Below the pieces are notes generated by a model that had not been told where the DNA came from, searched no databases, and saw only the letters and a program-made list of their open reading frames with translations. A program made the translations under genes and the position numbers. This document shows positions 35,674-45,677 of a stretch of DNA of 64,000 nt, piece by piece; position 1 is the stretch's first letter; every line of letters begins with the position of its first letter. Origin of the DNA: Minisyncoccota bacterium. GTDB lineage: Bacteria; Patescibacteriota; Minisyncoccia; UBA6257; 2-01-FULL-56-20. The stretch covers positions 11,853-75,852 of the forward strand of contig DATJLR010000003.1 of the NCBI GenBank assembly GCA_035509435.1. The letters are read 5' to 3'.

Positions 35674-38600
35674 CTAATGCGATCCGTGTCCCTGCAGTGT
35701 CCCTAAGTACTGCTCGAGCAGGAGAAGCAATTGCTGCTGCAACGCGGCGATCTCCTGTTCAAGGGCATCTTGCCCCGTCGTGCTTGCGCCCAGCACCTCC
35801 CCTCCATGGCCGCCGAAGGGACCGCTCCCCACTATCACGATGAACGGCGAGGAGAAGAAGCTGTTGCCATCGGCATGGTACGTTTCCGTGACCACGCAGT
35901 TCCCTATATCTCCCGCCATCACGCCGTCCACGCTGTCGCACTGCCCATTGGTCGTTTCGTTATAATGCGACGGCCCGGAGACGTTCACGTAGTACGGCGT
36001 GTTCGGATCGATCGTGAGCGTCGTGCCGGACGCGCTGCCCGGGAATGTCGACGTCGGGCTCGGATGCGTCGCGAGCACGTTCACGGTAAAGTCGGACGAG
36101 GTTGCGGTGCCGCTTGCGGAGTTATCCACGTTGACCACCACGTTGAGGAAGCTCGTGGTCGCCGGAGCAAGCGAGAATGTCACCGTGTAATCCTGGGTCG
36201 TTGAGCTGTCCTGCGCCGTTACCGCCACCGTCGCGGTTCCCGTCGTGCTCGTGGCCTGCGTGATCACCTCGGTCGCGTTCGGATCCGTCGTTGTCGCCGT
36301 TACCGTGGGAACCGTGTTCGTGTTGAACGGAAGAATGACGTCGTACGCGGTCGTACCCGGATCGAATGACGGGTCAAGCGCTCCCGCGGAGACGCCGAGC
36401 GCGCTCAACGTGTCGTCGGTGTTGAGGCACAGCGTGGTGAACGATTCAACCGCGCCCGGATACCACTCACCGCCGATCTCGGACCATGCCACGAAGTAGT
36501 ATGTGGTATCCGGAGCGAGATTGCTCAGCGATTCGCTGAACGCGCCGCCGGCCCCTGCGGCGCCGAGGCCGCTGTCATGCGACCAGCCGGTCGCCGGGAA
36601 TTCGGTGGCGTTCTGGCCGGCATCGAACGGACCCGCCGGGGTCGTCCCCCACCAGAACGAAGTGTTCTCTGCAGTGGTCGAACCGTTCGTACCGTTCACC
36701 GTCGCGCCGAACTGGCCGACGTTCGTGGCTGGATCGGTCGTCACGTACGTAGGCAAAGCGGTGGTGAATGACTGCATCGCACCCGGATACCACGTCCCAT
36801 CAACATCAGACCATGCCACGTAGTAATAGGTGACGCCGGGTTGGATCGCGGGCATCGTGCCGGCGACCTGGCCGTGCACGACCGCGTCGGTCGTGAGCGA
36901 CGAGAGCGATGCGGAGAACGGCGTGCCGGAAGCGATCGCGCCGAGGTCAGGCGTGGAATATACGCCGACGGGGATCACCGGCGTCGAGGTGCTGAACGTG
37001 GACGTCGACACCCAGAACGAATGGCCGGCCGCGTCATAATCATCGTTCGTGCCGTTCAGCATCGCGTCGGACATCGTGATGCCGGTCGGCGCATCGGTCG
37101 TCACGTACACGGGCGCGCCGCACGCGTACACGTCAACCGACAGCGTTCCGGTATTGTCGCCGTAGAACGACGCGTCCGGCGCGGGCGATGCCGCGGTGGC
37201 GTCGCCGTCGAACACCAGGAGGTTGATCGGATTTCCGGTTCCAGTGTAGAGATAGGAATATGCATGCGACGGCTGATATGATCCCCAATTGACGAACTGG
37301 CCGTCCAGCTGGAGCTTGAACTCGTTCGATCCCAAAAGATATGGAGCGATGTTGTATCCCTGCATGTATGTCGTCCAGCTATCCACGCTCGCGTACGCCG
37401 GATCCACAAAGTTGAAACCGCCGTTGTCCCATGTGCCGGACGCGACAAGGAGGTATTGCTGTCCGTTCGCCAGGCTGTTCGTGCCGACGGTCGGAACGTC
37501 CGATGCCGAATCAACCGTATCTGTTTCCACGAGCGAGGGGAAGGTTCCGGCCGGGCACGTCGTGAGCGCCGGCGTCGGTGCCGTATCGATCGTCATGGCC
37601 CAGACCGGGCTCCACGCGCTCATGGTGCCGCTCGCGTCTATGGCACGGACCTGCCAGTACCATGTACCATCCGGCGCGCCGGTGGAATGGATGGAAGACG
37701 TGGTAAGCGTTCCCGAATCCCAAAGGCCGGTCGTAAGAACACCGTCCGTCTCCGCCGGATTCATAGACGAATGGAACTCATACGTGATCGTGCTCGTCGG
37801 GGTTTCCGTGGACGGGTTCCACGTGAAATAGAAATCGTTCGTCGGCTCAATATCGCCGTTCACCGGACTGATCAATGTCGGCACCGAAGGCGACGGAGGG
37901 ACATTCTCTATATCATAGTTCTTGAAGTAATTATCGCCCGACCCGGAAGGATTGCCGGCCGCGTCAAAGACCTTGCCGACATCAAGGGTGGAACTGCCAT
38001 TATCGAGCAGGGTCGTATCGACGGTGAATGTTCCCGTACCGTTCGAAAGATCTACGTTTGCGCCCTTGCTCTTCTGCGCTCCCCCGTTGTTATAGAGGTA
38101 TACCCATACATTTTTGTTCTTGGTTGGATCGAGCGGATTGTTATCGGTCACGTTGATCGTGAACGTCGTTGTCCCGCTCAACGTGCTGCCGGGAGCCGGC
38201 GTAACGGTCACCACCGGAGCTATCGTGTCAGGGATCACCTCCGACGAAGTAAGGCTGATGTTATCAAAGAGGAATCCGTATCCCGCGTCCGCCGGATGCG
38301 CCGCACCGCGCGCCTGGATGATCATCGTCTTCACGATGCGCGGACTCTGCTCCGCCGACGCCTCACTGTCGTACCAATAATAATTCTCCCAGCTCGTGCC
38401 GGTGTGAACGAGGGTTCCGTCGATGTAAACTTTCACGATGTCGTTGGACACCCCATCCACGGCGTCGAACGTCAGCTTGATGGTGTGCGGGACCGTGCGA
38501 TCCAGATTGGTCGCGATCTGCGTCTCCACAAAAGTCGCGGGATTGGTCGTCCCCTCCACATCATCGAAGAACACATTAATGCCGCTCGCGCTATCCTCAA

Positions 38601-39069
38601 AGCGGAGATAGCTCATGCGCGAACCGTCGCCGCGATCCGGCGCCACCGAGACCTCAAGGCCGGGCTGCGGCGTGCTGCTTGCCACCGCGATATCGAACTG
38701 CATCTCAAAATGATTCTGTTTGGTGCCCGGCGAGAACGCTCCGTTCGTGGAGCTCGTTTCGCCGACAGAATCGGTCAGTGGCGACGCAAATATCCAATCA
38801 CCGAAAGAACCGCTCGTGACCGCGTCCGATACCCTGAGCGCCTGCTGGCCAAATCCCGCAGGCGATCCGAAATCGCTCGTGTTGACGATTGCCTCGTCGT
38901 ACGGGCCGGTCGCGCTCCATCCATTCTGGCCATTGACGCTCCCCAGTGAATACGTCGACGTGCTGAACGTGATGGGACCGACCGTGTCCGCATGCGCAAC
39001 GTTTATAACTGCCACCGACACAAAAAGCAAAACCGAACCGACCATCCCAACGGATAGGAATTTTTTCAT
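35674..39069 (-). CDS. giant secreted cell-surface protein with multiple Ig/FN3/cadherin-like beta-sandwich repeats
   Basis: 1131 aa; signal peptide; repeated 'W..G..YY(F)VAWS.(V/I)(D/G)G.WYPGA..SFTT' modules; 'TAYDVILPFNTNTVPTVTA' cadherin-like repeat; C-terminal coiled-coil 'EQEIAALQQQLLLLLEQ'. Confidence 0.7.
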   Translation of the reverse strand: MKKFLSVGMVGSVLLFVSVAVINVAHADTVGPITFSTSTYSLGSVNGQNGWSATGPYDEAIVNTSDFGSPAGFGQQALRVSDAVTSGSFGDWIFASPLTDSVGETSSTNGAFSPGTKQNHFEMQFDIAVASSTPQPGLEVSVAPDRGDGSRMSYLRFEDSASGINVFFDDVEGTTNPATFVETQIATNLDRTVPHTIKLTFDAVDGVSNDIVKVYIDGTLVHTGTSWENYYWYDSEASAEQSPRIVKTMIIQARGAAHPADAGYGFLFDNISLTSSEVIPDTIAPVVTVTPAPGSTLSGTTTFTINVTDNNPLDPTKNKNVWVYLYNNGGAQKSKGANVDLSNGTGTFTVDTTLLDNGSSTLDVGKVFDAAGNPSGSGDNYFKNYDIENVPPSPSVPTLISPVNGDIEPTNDFYFTWNPSTETPTSTITYEFHSSMNPAETDGVLTTGLWDSGTLTTSSIHSTGAPDGTWYWQVRAIDASGTMSAWSPVWAMTIDTAPTPALTTCPAGTFPSLVETDTVDSASDVPTVGTNSLANGQQYLLVASGTWDNGGFNFVDPAYASVDSWTTYMQGYNIAPYLLGSNEFKLQLDGQFVNWGSYQPSHAYSYLYTGTGNPINLLVFDGDATAASPAPDASFYGDNTGTLSVDVYACGAPVYVTTDAPTGITMSDAMLNGTNDDYDAAGHSFWVSTSTFSTSTPVIPVGVYSTPDLGAIASGTPFSASLSSLTTDAVVHGQVAGTMPAIQPGVTYYYVAWSDVDGTWYPGAMQSFTTALPTYVTTDPATNVGQFGATVNGTNGSTTAENTSFWWGTTPAGPFDAGQNATEFPATGWSHDSGLGAAGAGGAFSESLSNLAPDTTYYFVAWSEIGGEWYPGAVESFTTLCLNTDDTLSALGVSAGALDPSFDPGTTAYDVILPFNTNTVPTVTATTTDPNATEVITQATSTTGTATVAVTAQDSSTTQDYTVTFSLAPATTSFLNVVVNVDNSASGTATSSDFTVNVLATHPSPTSTFPGSASGTTLTIDPNTPYYVNVSGPSHYNETTNGQCDSVDGVMAGDIGNCVVTETYHADGNSFFSSPFIVIVGSGPFGGHGGEVLGASTTGQDALEQEIAALQQQLLLLLEQYLGTLQGHGSH

Positions 39070-39347
39070 ATTATTTTAATTTTTTCTATTGACAAGCCCT
39101 GACCTTTGGCCGTTTTATCAATAGCGACTAGTTGCGCCGACTTCCGGCACTCGCTGTGATACGTTCATAGTACGAAAACGGCGTCGGCTCTGTCAATAGC
39201 GCAATAGGCCGGATTTCCCGCCTGATTATGCACAGTTTTTTTAATAAAAAGAACACAGATGTTCTAAATTGGCAATGAAATATATCCTATTCCCTATCCG
39301 TACTATATGGGCGAAAGGTCGAGGCAGGTAATAATGCACTCCTTTCC

Positions 39348-39452
39348 ATGGCAGAAAAAACCTGTATGGCGTGCGGCCATCCGCACGAGAACGCCGACGG
39401 TTCGTGCAACTGCGGTTGCGCGGAATTCAAAGACGGTAAGGATAAGAAATAG
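39348..39452 (+). CDS. 34-aa Cys-rich peptide (putative metal-binding), not in ORF track
   Basis: MAEKTCMACGHPHENADGSCNCGCAEFKDGKDKK*; stop 10 nt before a strong terminator; GC-rich third positions; no obvious SD. Confidence 0.3.
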   Translation: MAEKTCMACGHPHENADGSCNCGCAEFKDGKDKK

Positions 39453-39461
39453 ATCTGAAAT

Positions 39462-39490
39462 AAAAATCCCCGCGCGCGCGGGGATTTTTA
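39462..39490. terminator. bidirectional intrinsic terminator shared by two convergent small ORFs
   Basis: AAAAATCCCCGCGCGCGCGGGGATTTTTA. Confidence 0.65.
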
Positions 39491-39511
39491 TTTCAGTGGC
39501 AGCACGGTCCT

Positions 39512-39715
39512 CTAGTGGATGAGGTTCGCGAGATGCAGCAACCACAAAAATATGCCGAGCGGAACAATGAGGAGCGTCCATGCAAGTCCCAACCCGACAG
39601 GCGAATCCCACGTGTACCAGTTGGGCCGTGACCGCAACGCCTTCTGGGTCCACATATCCTCCCAGTATTTTTGGGTATGCTCGCCGATCCTGTCTTCTTT
39701 CTTTTCTTCTTCCAT
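39512..39715 (-). CDS. small membrane protein, hypothetical
   Basis: 67 aa: MEEEKKEDRIGEHTQKYWEDMWTQKALRSRPNWYTWDSPVGLGLAWTLLIVPLGIFLWLLHLANLIH; C-terminal TM helix; ends at the shared terminator. Confidence 0.35.
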   Translation of the reverse strand: MEEEKKEDRIGEHTQKYWEDMWTQKALRSRPNWYTWDSPVGLGLAWTLLIVPLGIFLWLLHLANLIH

Positions 39716-39872
39716 AGCTTTTATAACTTGGTTTTTTGTTCGACCTTTGGATACCCCAAAGGTTGTGTGTGCCGGGCGTGGTCTTGCGGATCGGGGTCAC
39801 TGATCCAAGATTTGAAAAACGCCGCTTACGCCACGGTCTTATTCTATCATAAAAGCCGCGATTTATTCTTCT

Positions 39873-40070
39873 CTACTTCGGCTGCCAGTCGGTGGCCTGG
39901 AGCAGGCCGAACGTGTTGCCTTCGGTGTCGGTCGCTCGGGAGAACCAATCCATACCGACCCCGGGCATCGTCGCTCGTTCTATATCCCAGCCAAGCACGC
40001 TCTCATAGAACTTCTTCGCCCGCTCCGCGTCGTCCGCCTGCACCTCAAAATGTATTGGTCGGTTGTTCAT
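39873..40070 (-). CDS. glyoxalase/VOC-family single-module protein
   Basis: Probable start MNNRP (65 aa): 'IHFEVQADDAERAKKFYESVLGWDI...DTEGNTFGLLQ' is one beta-alpha-beta-beta-beta VOC module. Confidence 0.5.
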   Translation of the reverse strand: MNNRPIHFEVQADDAERAKKFYESVLGWDIERATMPGVGMDWFSRATDTEGNTFGLLQATDWQPK

Positions 40071-40130
40071 ATTACTATTATATAAAAAAGGGGCGCTCCA
40101 CAAAGGAACGTCCCTTAACGACCATCCCGC

Positions 40131-40829
40131 CTACCTTCTCTTTGCCTTTTTGGAATATCCCCAATAATGAACGAGTCCCGTGACGATCTCGATCTTGTCG
40201 GTAGGGCTCGAGCGATAGGTAATATCACTGAAGCGGGTCTGTTCAAGCCCCGCGACCGTCACATCGACCCGGATCCCCACTGCGTTCGACCACTTCCAGT
40301 CAAAGCCGGTGCCGGCAAGGATATCTTCCTGGCCGTTCAGCCCCGATCCTCTCTTGCGCGGATCCTGCTTGGATGTCGTGCCGCCGTTCAGCCAGATCGC
40401 TCCCTCGCCAAGCGCCAGATAGGGAAGAAGTCCTATCCGCGATCCGAGGTACCTCGTTCGCAAAGGGACTTTCAGCTTCAGGTTGAAGTCGGTGTCGGTC
40501 ACGGACCACTTGGTCACTCCGGTGGGTTCGATAAGCTTCGACTCCGTCGGCGTGCGAATGTACATCAGGCATCCGGCCGCGCCCCAGATCTCATGGCAAT
40601 ATTCCGCCGCGCGACTGGGACCCGTGCTGTCAAGCCGCTGTATGATGTGCAGGTTTTGATCCGGAAAGAATCCCGGAGCCGGTTTGACATACTGGCCTCC
40701 GCTAAAAAAACCGATGCTGTTGGTCTGCCCGTACGCGGCAGGAGAGGCCCCAATACCGACGATGATCAGGGCCGCGCTGATGCAGTGAAAGATATTTCTG
40801 GAAATCACAGATCCTCCCCTGGAGATCAA
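40131..40829 (-). CDS. secreted beta-rich hypothetical protein
   Basis: 232 aa; signal peptide 'ISAALIIVGIGASPAAYGQ'; alternating-hydrophobic beta-strand pattern. Confidence 0.45.
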   Translation of the reverse strand: MISRGGSVISRNIFHCISAALIIVGIGASPAAYGQTNSIGFFSGGQYVKPAPGFFPDQNLHIIQRLDSTGPSRAAEYCHEIWGAAGCLMYIRTPTESKLIEPTGVTKWSVTDTDFNLKLKVPLRTRYLGSRIGLLPYLALGEGAIWLNGGTTSKQDPRKRGSGLNGQEDILAGTGFDWKWSNAVGIRVDVTVAGLEQTRFSDITYRSSPTDKIEIVTGLVHYWGYSKKAKRR

Positions 40830-40963
40830 AAAGGGTGTGTACTGCTGCTGTTCTTTTATATCTTTTTTGCCAATTTGTCAAGCCTTCGCGGGAAGCGCGG
40901 TAAGCTTTTCGAACTGACGGGCGAAGCCGTCTGACTGATGGCTTCTATTGCTTTCCCCCGGCG

Positions 40964-41461
40964 CTACCAGCTCGCGTCGTCCCCCGACGGGCCGTAGATC
41001 TTGGGGATCGGAATGTTCTTTTCCCGCATGTACACGGTCATCTGGCCGCGATGGTGGACAAGGTGGCGTATGGTGGAGTCGATGGTATTTTTCTTGGTGT
41101 CGGTGATAAGTACCTTGCCGTTCATCCGCAGGGAAAACTCTTTCATCAGCTTTTCGTCCGATATCTTTTCCAGAGCTTTGCGCGCGGCGGCGAGGCATTC
41201 ATCGAAGTGCTTGGGCAGGTCGGCGGCGGAATTCATCTTGTAGCGTTCATAGGTCGCAAAATCGATGTGATCCCCTGTGGCGACGGACGATATCCATTTA
41301 GGGATCTCCGAGACCGTGATCGCCAAACTTTTGAACGACATGGATTTTCCCGTGGGCTTGTAATCCAGCACGTCGTCCGTGATCCGCTCCAGGCACTTGC
41401 GCGTGGGCTCTGCTTCGGCGTCGAGCTGTTCGAGGTAAATTTGTCCGAGTGGTTGGTCCAT
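40964..41461 (-). CDS. DinB/YfiT-like (DinB_2) family protein
   Basis: 165 aa; four-helix-bundle pattern with 'HLVHHRGQ' motif. Confidence 0.65.
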   Translation of the reverse strand: MDQPLGQIYLEQLDAEAEPTRKCLERITDDVLDYKPTGKSMSFKSLAITVSEIPKWISSVATGDHIDFATYERYKMNSAADLPKHFDECLAAARKALEKISDEKLMKEFSLRMNGKVLITDTKKNTIDSTIRHLVHHRGQMTVYMREKNIPIPKIYGPSGDDASW

Positions 41462-41533
41462 GATGTATATAACGTTAGTTTATTTGTGAATTACTACCAA
41501 ACCAGCCCCTCCATTATAACAAGCGCACGGCCA

Positions 41534-42865
41534 TCAATAAAGCCGGCCTGCCCGATGCCGCATGAGCGCAAACGAATCGGCGACCATCGCCGCCGCGCTC
41601 CAGGCCTGTTCCCTGCATGCCGGGTCACGGTAGGGAGGGTGAAATTCCCTGTACCCGTTGTCGTACACGAAAAGCTCTATCGGCGTTTTAAAGTGCTCGA
41701 ACGCCTTAAAGAGCGCCCTGCGCACTTCGGTTGCTTCTGTATGATATCCAAAATGATCGAATCCCTCCGCGACGATGCTCGTGTCGTGCGGCCAGATGCA
41801 GCCATTATGATAGGCATACGAAGAAAAATGCGTTGAGGCGGTGGAAAGAGTGCGGATGCCGGCATTTTTTTCAAAAAGGTCGGGACGCATCAGGCGCTTC
41901 ACTACCGGCGAAACGGAACGGCCGTCCAGAATGCAGTCCCGCACGCCATCTTTGTTTTTTTGCGCCGCCCATAACACATGCCCCATGGATGAACGCACTG
42001 CCACGATCGGCCTGCCCGATCCGTCTATGGCGCTCGCGAGAAAAAATTCTCCGTTCGCCGCTTTTGCGGGAAAACGCTCATTAAAGAGCGCCTTCAACGC
42101 GCTGGCGCGCTGGGCAAGCACGCGGGAAAACTCGGGGTCGCGGCCTTCCAATATCTCCGCCCATGCGCTGAGCGCGGCATATCCGTACGCCTGTACCTCA
42201 AGCGGCGCGACCGGAAGCGGCACCGGGGAACCATCCTCATGGAACAGCGTTTCGGGATGGTCCATCCAGTTCTGCACCGGCAGGCCGCCGTGCTTCCGCT
42301 CCGGGGAGATCTGATAATCAAAGAAGCCATCGCGATTCTTGTCCCCGTAATCCAGCAGCCAGCGAAGGGCGCTTCGAACGGAACCTTCAAACGCCGCGAA
42401 ACCCTCGTTGTCCCTGCTCGCGCGGAAGTAGCGCGCGGCGAGCATCAGATAAAGCGGGGTGCTGTCCAATGAATCGAAGTTCCTCATGGTGCCGTCAGGA
42501 TAGACATACCAGGGCGGCTGGAGCTCCACCGTCAGCAGCTCGTGCCCGTGCTCCCGATAATCGTGAATTATCTTTCCCGGCTCTTCGCCGCTCTCGATGT
42601 TCACCGCCTTTCCCTGCAGGCGCGAGAGGCCCAGAAGGATCTTCCGCGCGAGCGGAAAGAACTGCTGCGTGCCGGCCTCTTCGTCTGCGTCAAGAAGTAT
42701 GAGCGCGGTGATGCACGAATCTCTCCCAAATATGAATCCGAAAAGTTCCTTTCTTGAGGACGCCAAAATGCCATCCGCGGTTTCAAGATCCCGGATGGTA
42801 GCAACGCCACGCGTATGAAAATTGTTAAGTTCTTCTGTATTCATGGCCAAATATGATGCTCCCAC
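41534..42865 (-). CDS. glycoside hydrolase, amylo-alpha-1,6-glucosidase (GDE_C six-hairpin) family
   Basis: 443 aa; 'FGRDSCITALILLD', 'HVLWAAQ', 'NGCIWPHDT' are typical GDE_C/(alpha/alpha)6 motifs. Confidence 0.65.
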   Translation of the reverse strand: MGASYLAMNTEELNNFHTRGVATIRDLETADGILASSRKELFGFIFGRDSCITALILLDADEEAGTQQFFPLARKILLGLSRLQGKAVNIESGEEPGKIIHDYREHGHELLTVELQPPWYVYPDGTMRNFDSLDSTPLYLMLAARYFRASRDNEGFAAFEGSVRSALRWLLDYGDKNRDGFFDYQISPERKHGGLPVQNWMDHPETLFHEDGSPVPLPVAPLEVQAYGYAALSAWAEILEGRDPEFSRVLAQRASALKALFNERFPAKAANGEFFLASAIDGSGRPIVAVRSSMGHVLWAAQKNKDGVRDCILDGRSVSPVVKRLMRPDLFEKNAGIRTLSTASTHFSSYAYHNGCIWPHDTSIVAEGFDHFGYHTEATEVRRALFKAFEHFKTPIELFVYDNGYREFHPPYRDPACREQAWSAAAMVADSFALMRHRAGRLY

Positions 42866-42925
42866 AAAAAATAGGGCCCCACAAGTCTTGCCTGCGGGGC
42901 CGGGTATACAAAGAGCGATCCGGGG

Positions 42926-44128
42926 TTACCGGGCCGAAAGCTGTTCCATAACAGGCATTCGTTCAAATGTCCTTTCAAGGATCTGTTCATAGACGGATTC
43001 GTACTCGCTCACCATTCGTTCGACGGTAAAGCGCCTCTCCGCATCGCTTCGGGCCATTATTCTCATTTCCGGAGACCGCAAAACGTCTTCTGCGGCATCC
43101 GCAAACCGGGACACGAGCATTGCCTCGTTTCCGGACGGGTCCACCACCCGTCCAGTAACCCCGTTCCGCACGATCTCCGGTCCCGAGGCCTTATTGCCCA
43201 CGATGACCGGCGTTCCGCACGAAAGGGATTCCACGAGGACGTTCCCGAATGGCTCGAACCACTCGGTGCCGCCCGCTTCCACTCCTAAGGGACATATCGT
43301 AAAACGGGCGCCTCCGTAAAGACGGTTCTTTTGGGCATGCCCGACCTCTCCCACGTATTCGATAAGGTCGGGATATTCCTCGAGAAACGGCTTTACCATT
43401 GTGTCAAAATATTCCTGGGAGCCGAGCGATACGCCACCGGCGATCTTCAGCTTCAGGATGTATCCTCGCTGTGCCAACGCGAGCACCGTTTTGATGGCAA
43501 CCGAGACCCCTTTGGTCGGGGTCATTCGCCCGATACAAAATGCGTATGCGTCGGGATCCGGCTTCCGACGGAACGTGAATTGCCGGACGCCGATGCCGTT
43601 GTGCACATAGCCGAACCATCGTCGCCACGGAAGCGCCCGTTGCTGGGATCTGCTTACCGTAACGATGGGTGCATCCGGATATTTCAGGCATATGGCCCGA
43701 TCCGGCGTGGACACTGTCAGTGGATAGAGGCACGTGTGGAGCGTCGTCACGAGGTTATCGAGACGCCACCCCCCTTCGCGTATGATCCATGCATCATGCG
43801 CATGGATGATGTCGAAGTGTCCTGCTGCGCATCTCTGGACCGTGCACCGGGCGATGCATGCCCGGGTTTTGTCGGTGACGAACGGCCAGTTCGGATAGGG
43901 CCGAAAAGGTCGTTCACGAAGGGCCACGGGGACAGTGGAGTGCAACGTCGTGCCATGGCTCACCTTTGAGTCCCCTGACGCAAAAAGGTGCACGTCATGC
44001 CCTTTTCTTGCGAGAGTGCTCATTATTGATGACACAACAGTGCCGATACCGTCCGCATGCTCTCCGCCGGTTATGGCAAGAGGGACATCCGGCGGCACAA
44101 CAAAAGCGATTCGCATTCCCATCTCCAT
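42926..44128 (-). CDS. GT4-family (group 1) glycosyltransferase
   Basis: 400 aa; 'MRIAFVV...GGEHADGI' N-domain; C-domain 'EPFGNVLVESLSCGTPVIVGN' (E-x7-E motif). Confidence 0.75.
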   Translation of the reverse strand: MEMGMRIAFVVPPDVPLAITGGEHADGIGTVVSSIMSTLARKGHDVHLFASGDSKVSHGTTLHSTVPVALRERPFRPYPNWPFVTDKTRACIARCTVQRCAAGHFDIIHAHDAWIIREGGWRLDNLVTTLHTCLYPLTVSTPDRAICLKYPDAPIVTVSRSQQRALPWRRWFGYVHNGIGVRQFTFRRKPDPDAYAFCIGRMTPTKGVSVAIKTVLALAQRGYILKLKIAGGVSLGSQEYFDTMVKPFLEEYPDLIEYVGEVGHAQKNRLYGGARFTICPLGVEAGGTEWFEPFGNVLVESLSCGTPVIVGNKASGPEIVRNGVTGRVVDPSGNEAMLVSRFADAAEDVLRSPEMRIMARSDAERRFTVERMVSEYESVYEQILERTFERMPVMEQLSAR

Positions 44129-44296
44129 TCCTTTCCCTTCTCCCGTACTTCCCGGAAATCAGGGACCTACCTGTCTGCAGAGCGATCCGTTCAGTTGCAA
44201 GACGGGTGCCTAGAGGACCGGAAAGACCGGCGTGATCCGCTAAGCACTCGTCTCACGGCATGAACACTCGCATATACGTATCACGATGCGATTTCG

Positions 44297-45661
44297 TTAA
44301 AGCTGTTTCTCCAGAGCCGCAACTTGCGCTTCCAAGGCCTGGATTTCGGCGGCTAAATCTGGCGTAGAAGCTCCCGCGGAGACGGTTGAAGTAGTATTTC
44401 CCTCCAAGCTATTAAGGACGTTCCTCGTTTTCGGCCCTACAAGGCCCCACCCAGCCCCGCCGGTGCAGACGATATCCTCTGTGCATTGAAATTGCTGGAC
44501 AGCGGCAAGCGTAAGGCTCCCGAAGAATCCCGTCTCATATTGTGGCGAAAGGTATCCCTGCGCCGCAAGCACCGATTGCAGTGCCTGCACCTGATCGCTT
44601 CGCAATCCGTCGTACAGCGATTGCGTGAAAAGAGTGCTCAAGGCGGTAAGCGGAACAGATGTGGCGTTCGGCGCGGTCGCCAATGTCGGCGTCGGCACCG
44701 GCACCGGCACCGAAACGCTCGGGGCATAATCATCCTGCAGCGTTATCGCAGGCGATCCCGATGACAAGGCGGAAATATTTCCCGCGTTGTCATACGCGTC
44801 CATCTGGTAAACATACGGCGTGCCGGTCGCGAGTCCGGATTCCACGTACGGCGAACTGCTTACCGTCGCGATCTGCGTTCCATCTTGATAGATATCGTAT
44901 CCCGCCACACCGACGCCATCCGTCGAGCGTGCCCACGAAAGCGTTATTCCATCCGGCGCCGTTTGGGCCACCGATATGCCCGCGGGCACGGAAGGAGGGG
45001 TCATATACAGGCCGACCGTGATATCAAGCGTAGCCGATATCGGTGACGCGTCGAATGCTTCATCGTAGGCCGTCACGGTATAGCTATAATTCCCCGGCAA
45101 TAAGCTGTCGGTCATTGCATTGGCGGTGTATAACGACGAGGTCGAATTGACCGGTGTCCCGTTCCGCTGGACGACATATCCGGCCACGCCGAAAACGCCG
45201 GCCGAAGGGTTCCAGGAAATCGTGACCGATGCCGGCACGCTATAGCTATTCGTGTACAAGGTCCCTGTTGCCGCGAGGCCGGTCGGGGCTGACGGCGGAG
45301 GAACGGTGGAATATATGAGGACCGCCTGAGAAGCGGTTTCGCCCGGCGACAAAATCCCGTTTATGTCATACGCACCGACGCTATAGGTATAAAGGCCCGG
45401 AGCAAGGCCGGAGTCGACGTATGAATTTCCCGTCGTGGTCGCAACTTCCCGGCTGTTACGGTAGACCGTGTATCCCGCGATCTCCCCCGAGCTTTCCACG
45501 GAAGCGTCCCAGGTGAGAGTGACCTCCGAGATCCCGGTGGTCGTCGCGACAAAGTTTTGCGGAACGGAAGGGATCGTCACCCCCGCTGTCTGCGCATGGA
45601 CAGAAATGGAAAAAAACATGATGCCCGCACCCGCGAAGACAAGAAGGAGAAGCTTCTTCAT
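44297..45661 (-). CDS. secreted protein with four FN3-like domains and C-terminal peptidoglycan-binding (PG_binding_1) domain
   Basis: 454 aa; signal peptide; four repeats of '(P)SAPTGL..T....S(V/I)TLSW..S....GVAGY.V.RNG'; 'LYDGLRSDQVQALQSVLAAQGYL...GFFGSLTLAAVQQFQ'; C-terminal coiled coil. Confidence 0.7.
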   Translation of the reverse strand: MKKLLLLVFAGAGIMFFSISVHAQTAGVTIPSVPQNFVATTTGISEVTLTWDASVESSGEIAGYTVYRNSREVATTTGNSYVDSGLAPGLYTYSVGAYDINGILSPGETASQAVLIYSTVPPPSAPTGLAATGTLYTNSYSVPASVTISWNPSAGVFGVAGYVVQRNGTPVNSTSSLYTANAMTDSLLPGNYSYTVTAYDEAFDASPISATLDITVGLYMTPPSVPAGISVAQTAPDGITLSWARSTDGVGVAGYDIYQDGTQIATVSSSPYVESGLATGTPYVYQMDAYDNAGNISALSSGSPAITLQDDYAPSVSVPVPVPTPTLATAPNATSVPLTALSTLFTQSLYDGLRSDQVQALQSVLAAQGYLSPQYETGFFGSLTLAAVQQFQCTEDIVCTGGAGWGLVGPKTRNVLNSLEGNTTSTVSAGASTPDLAAEIQALEAQVAALEKQL

Positions 45662-45677
45662 TGTTTTGTTATTATAA

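Noticed and set aside
39303-39800. 165-aa minus-strand ORF.
   Set aside because: It reads through the strong GC terminator at 39462-39490. Two smaller convergent ORFs that each stop at that terminator explain the region better.
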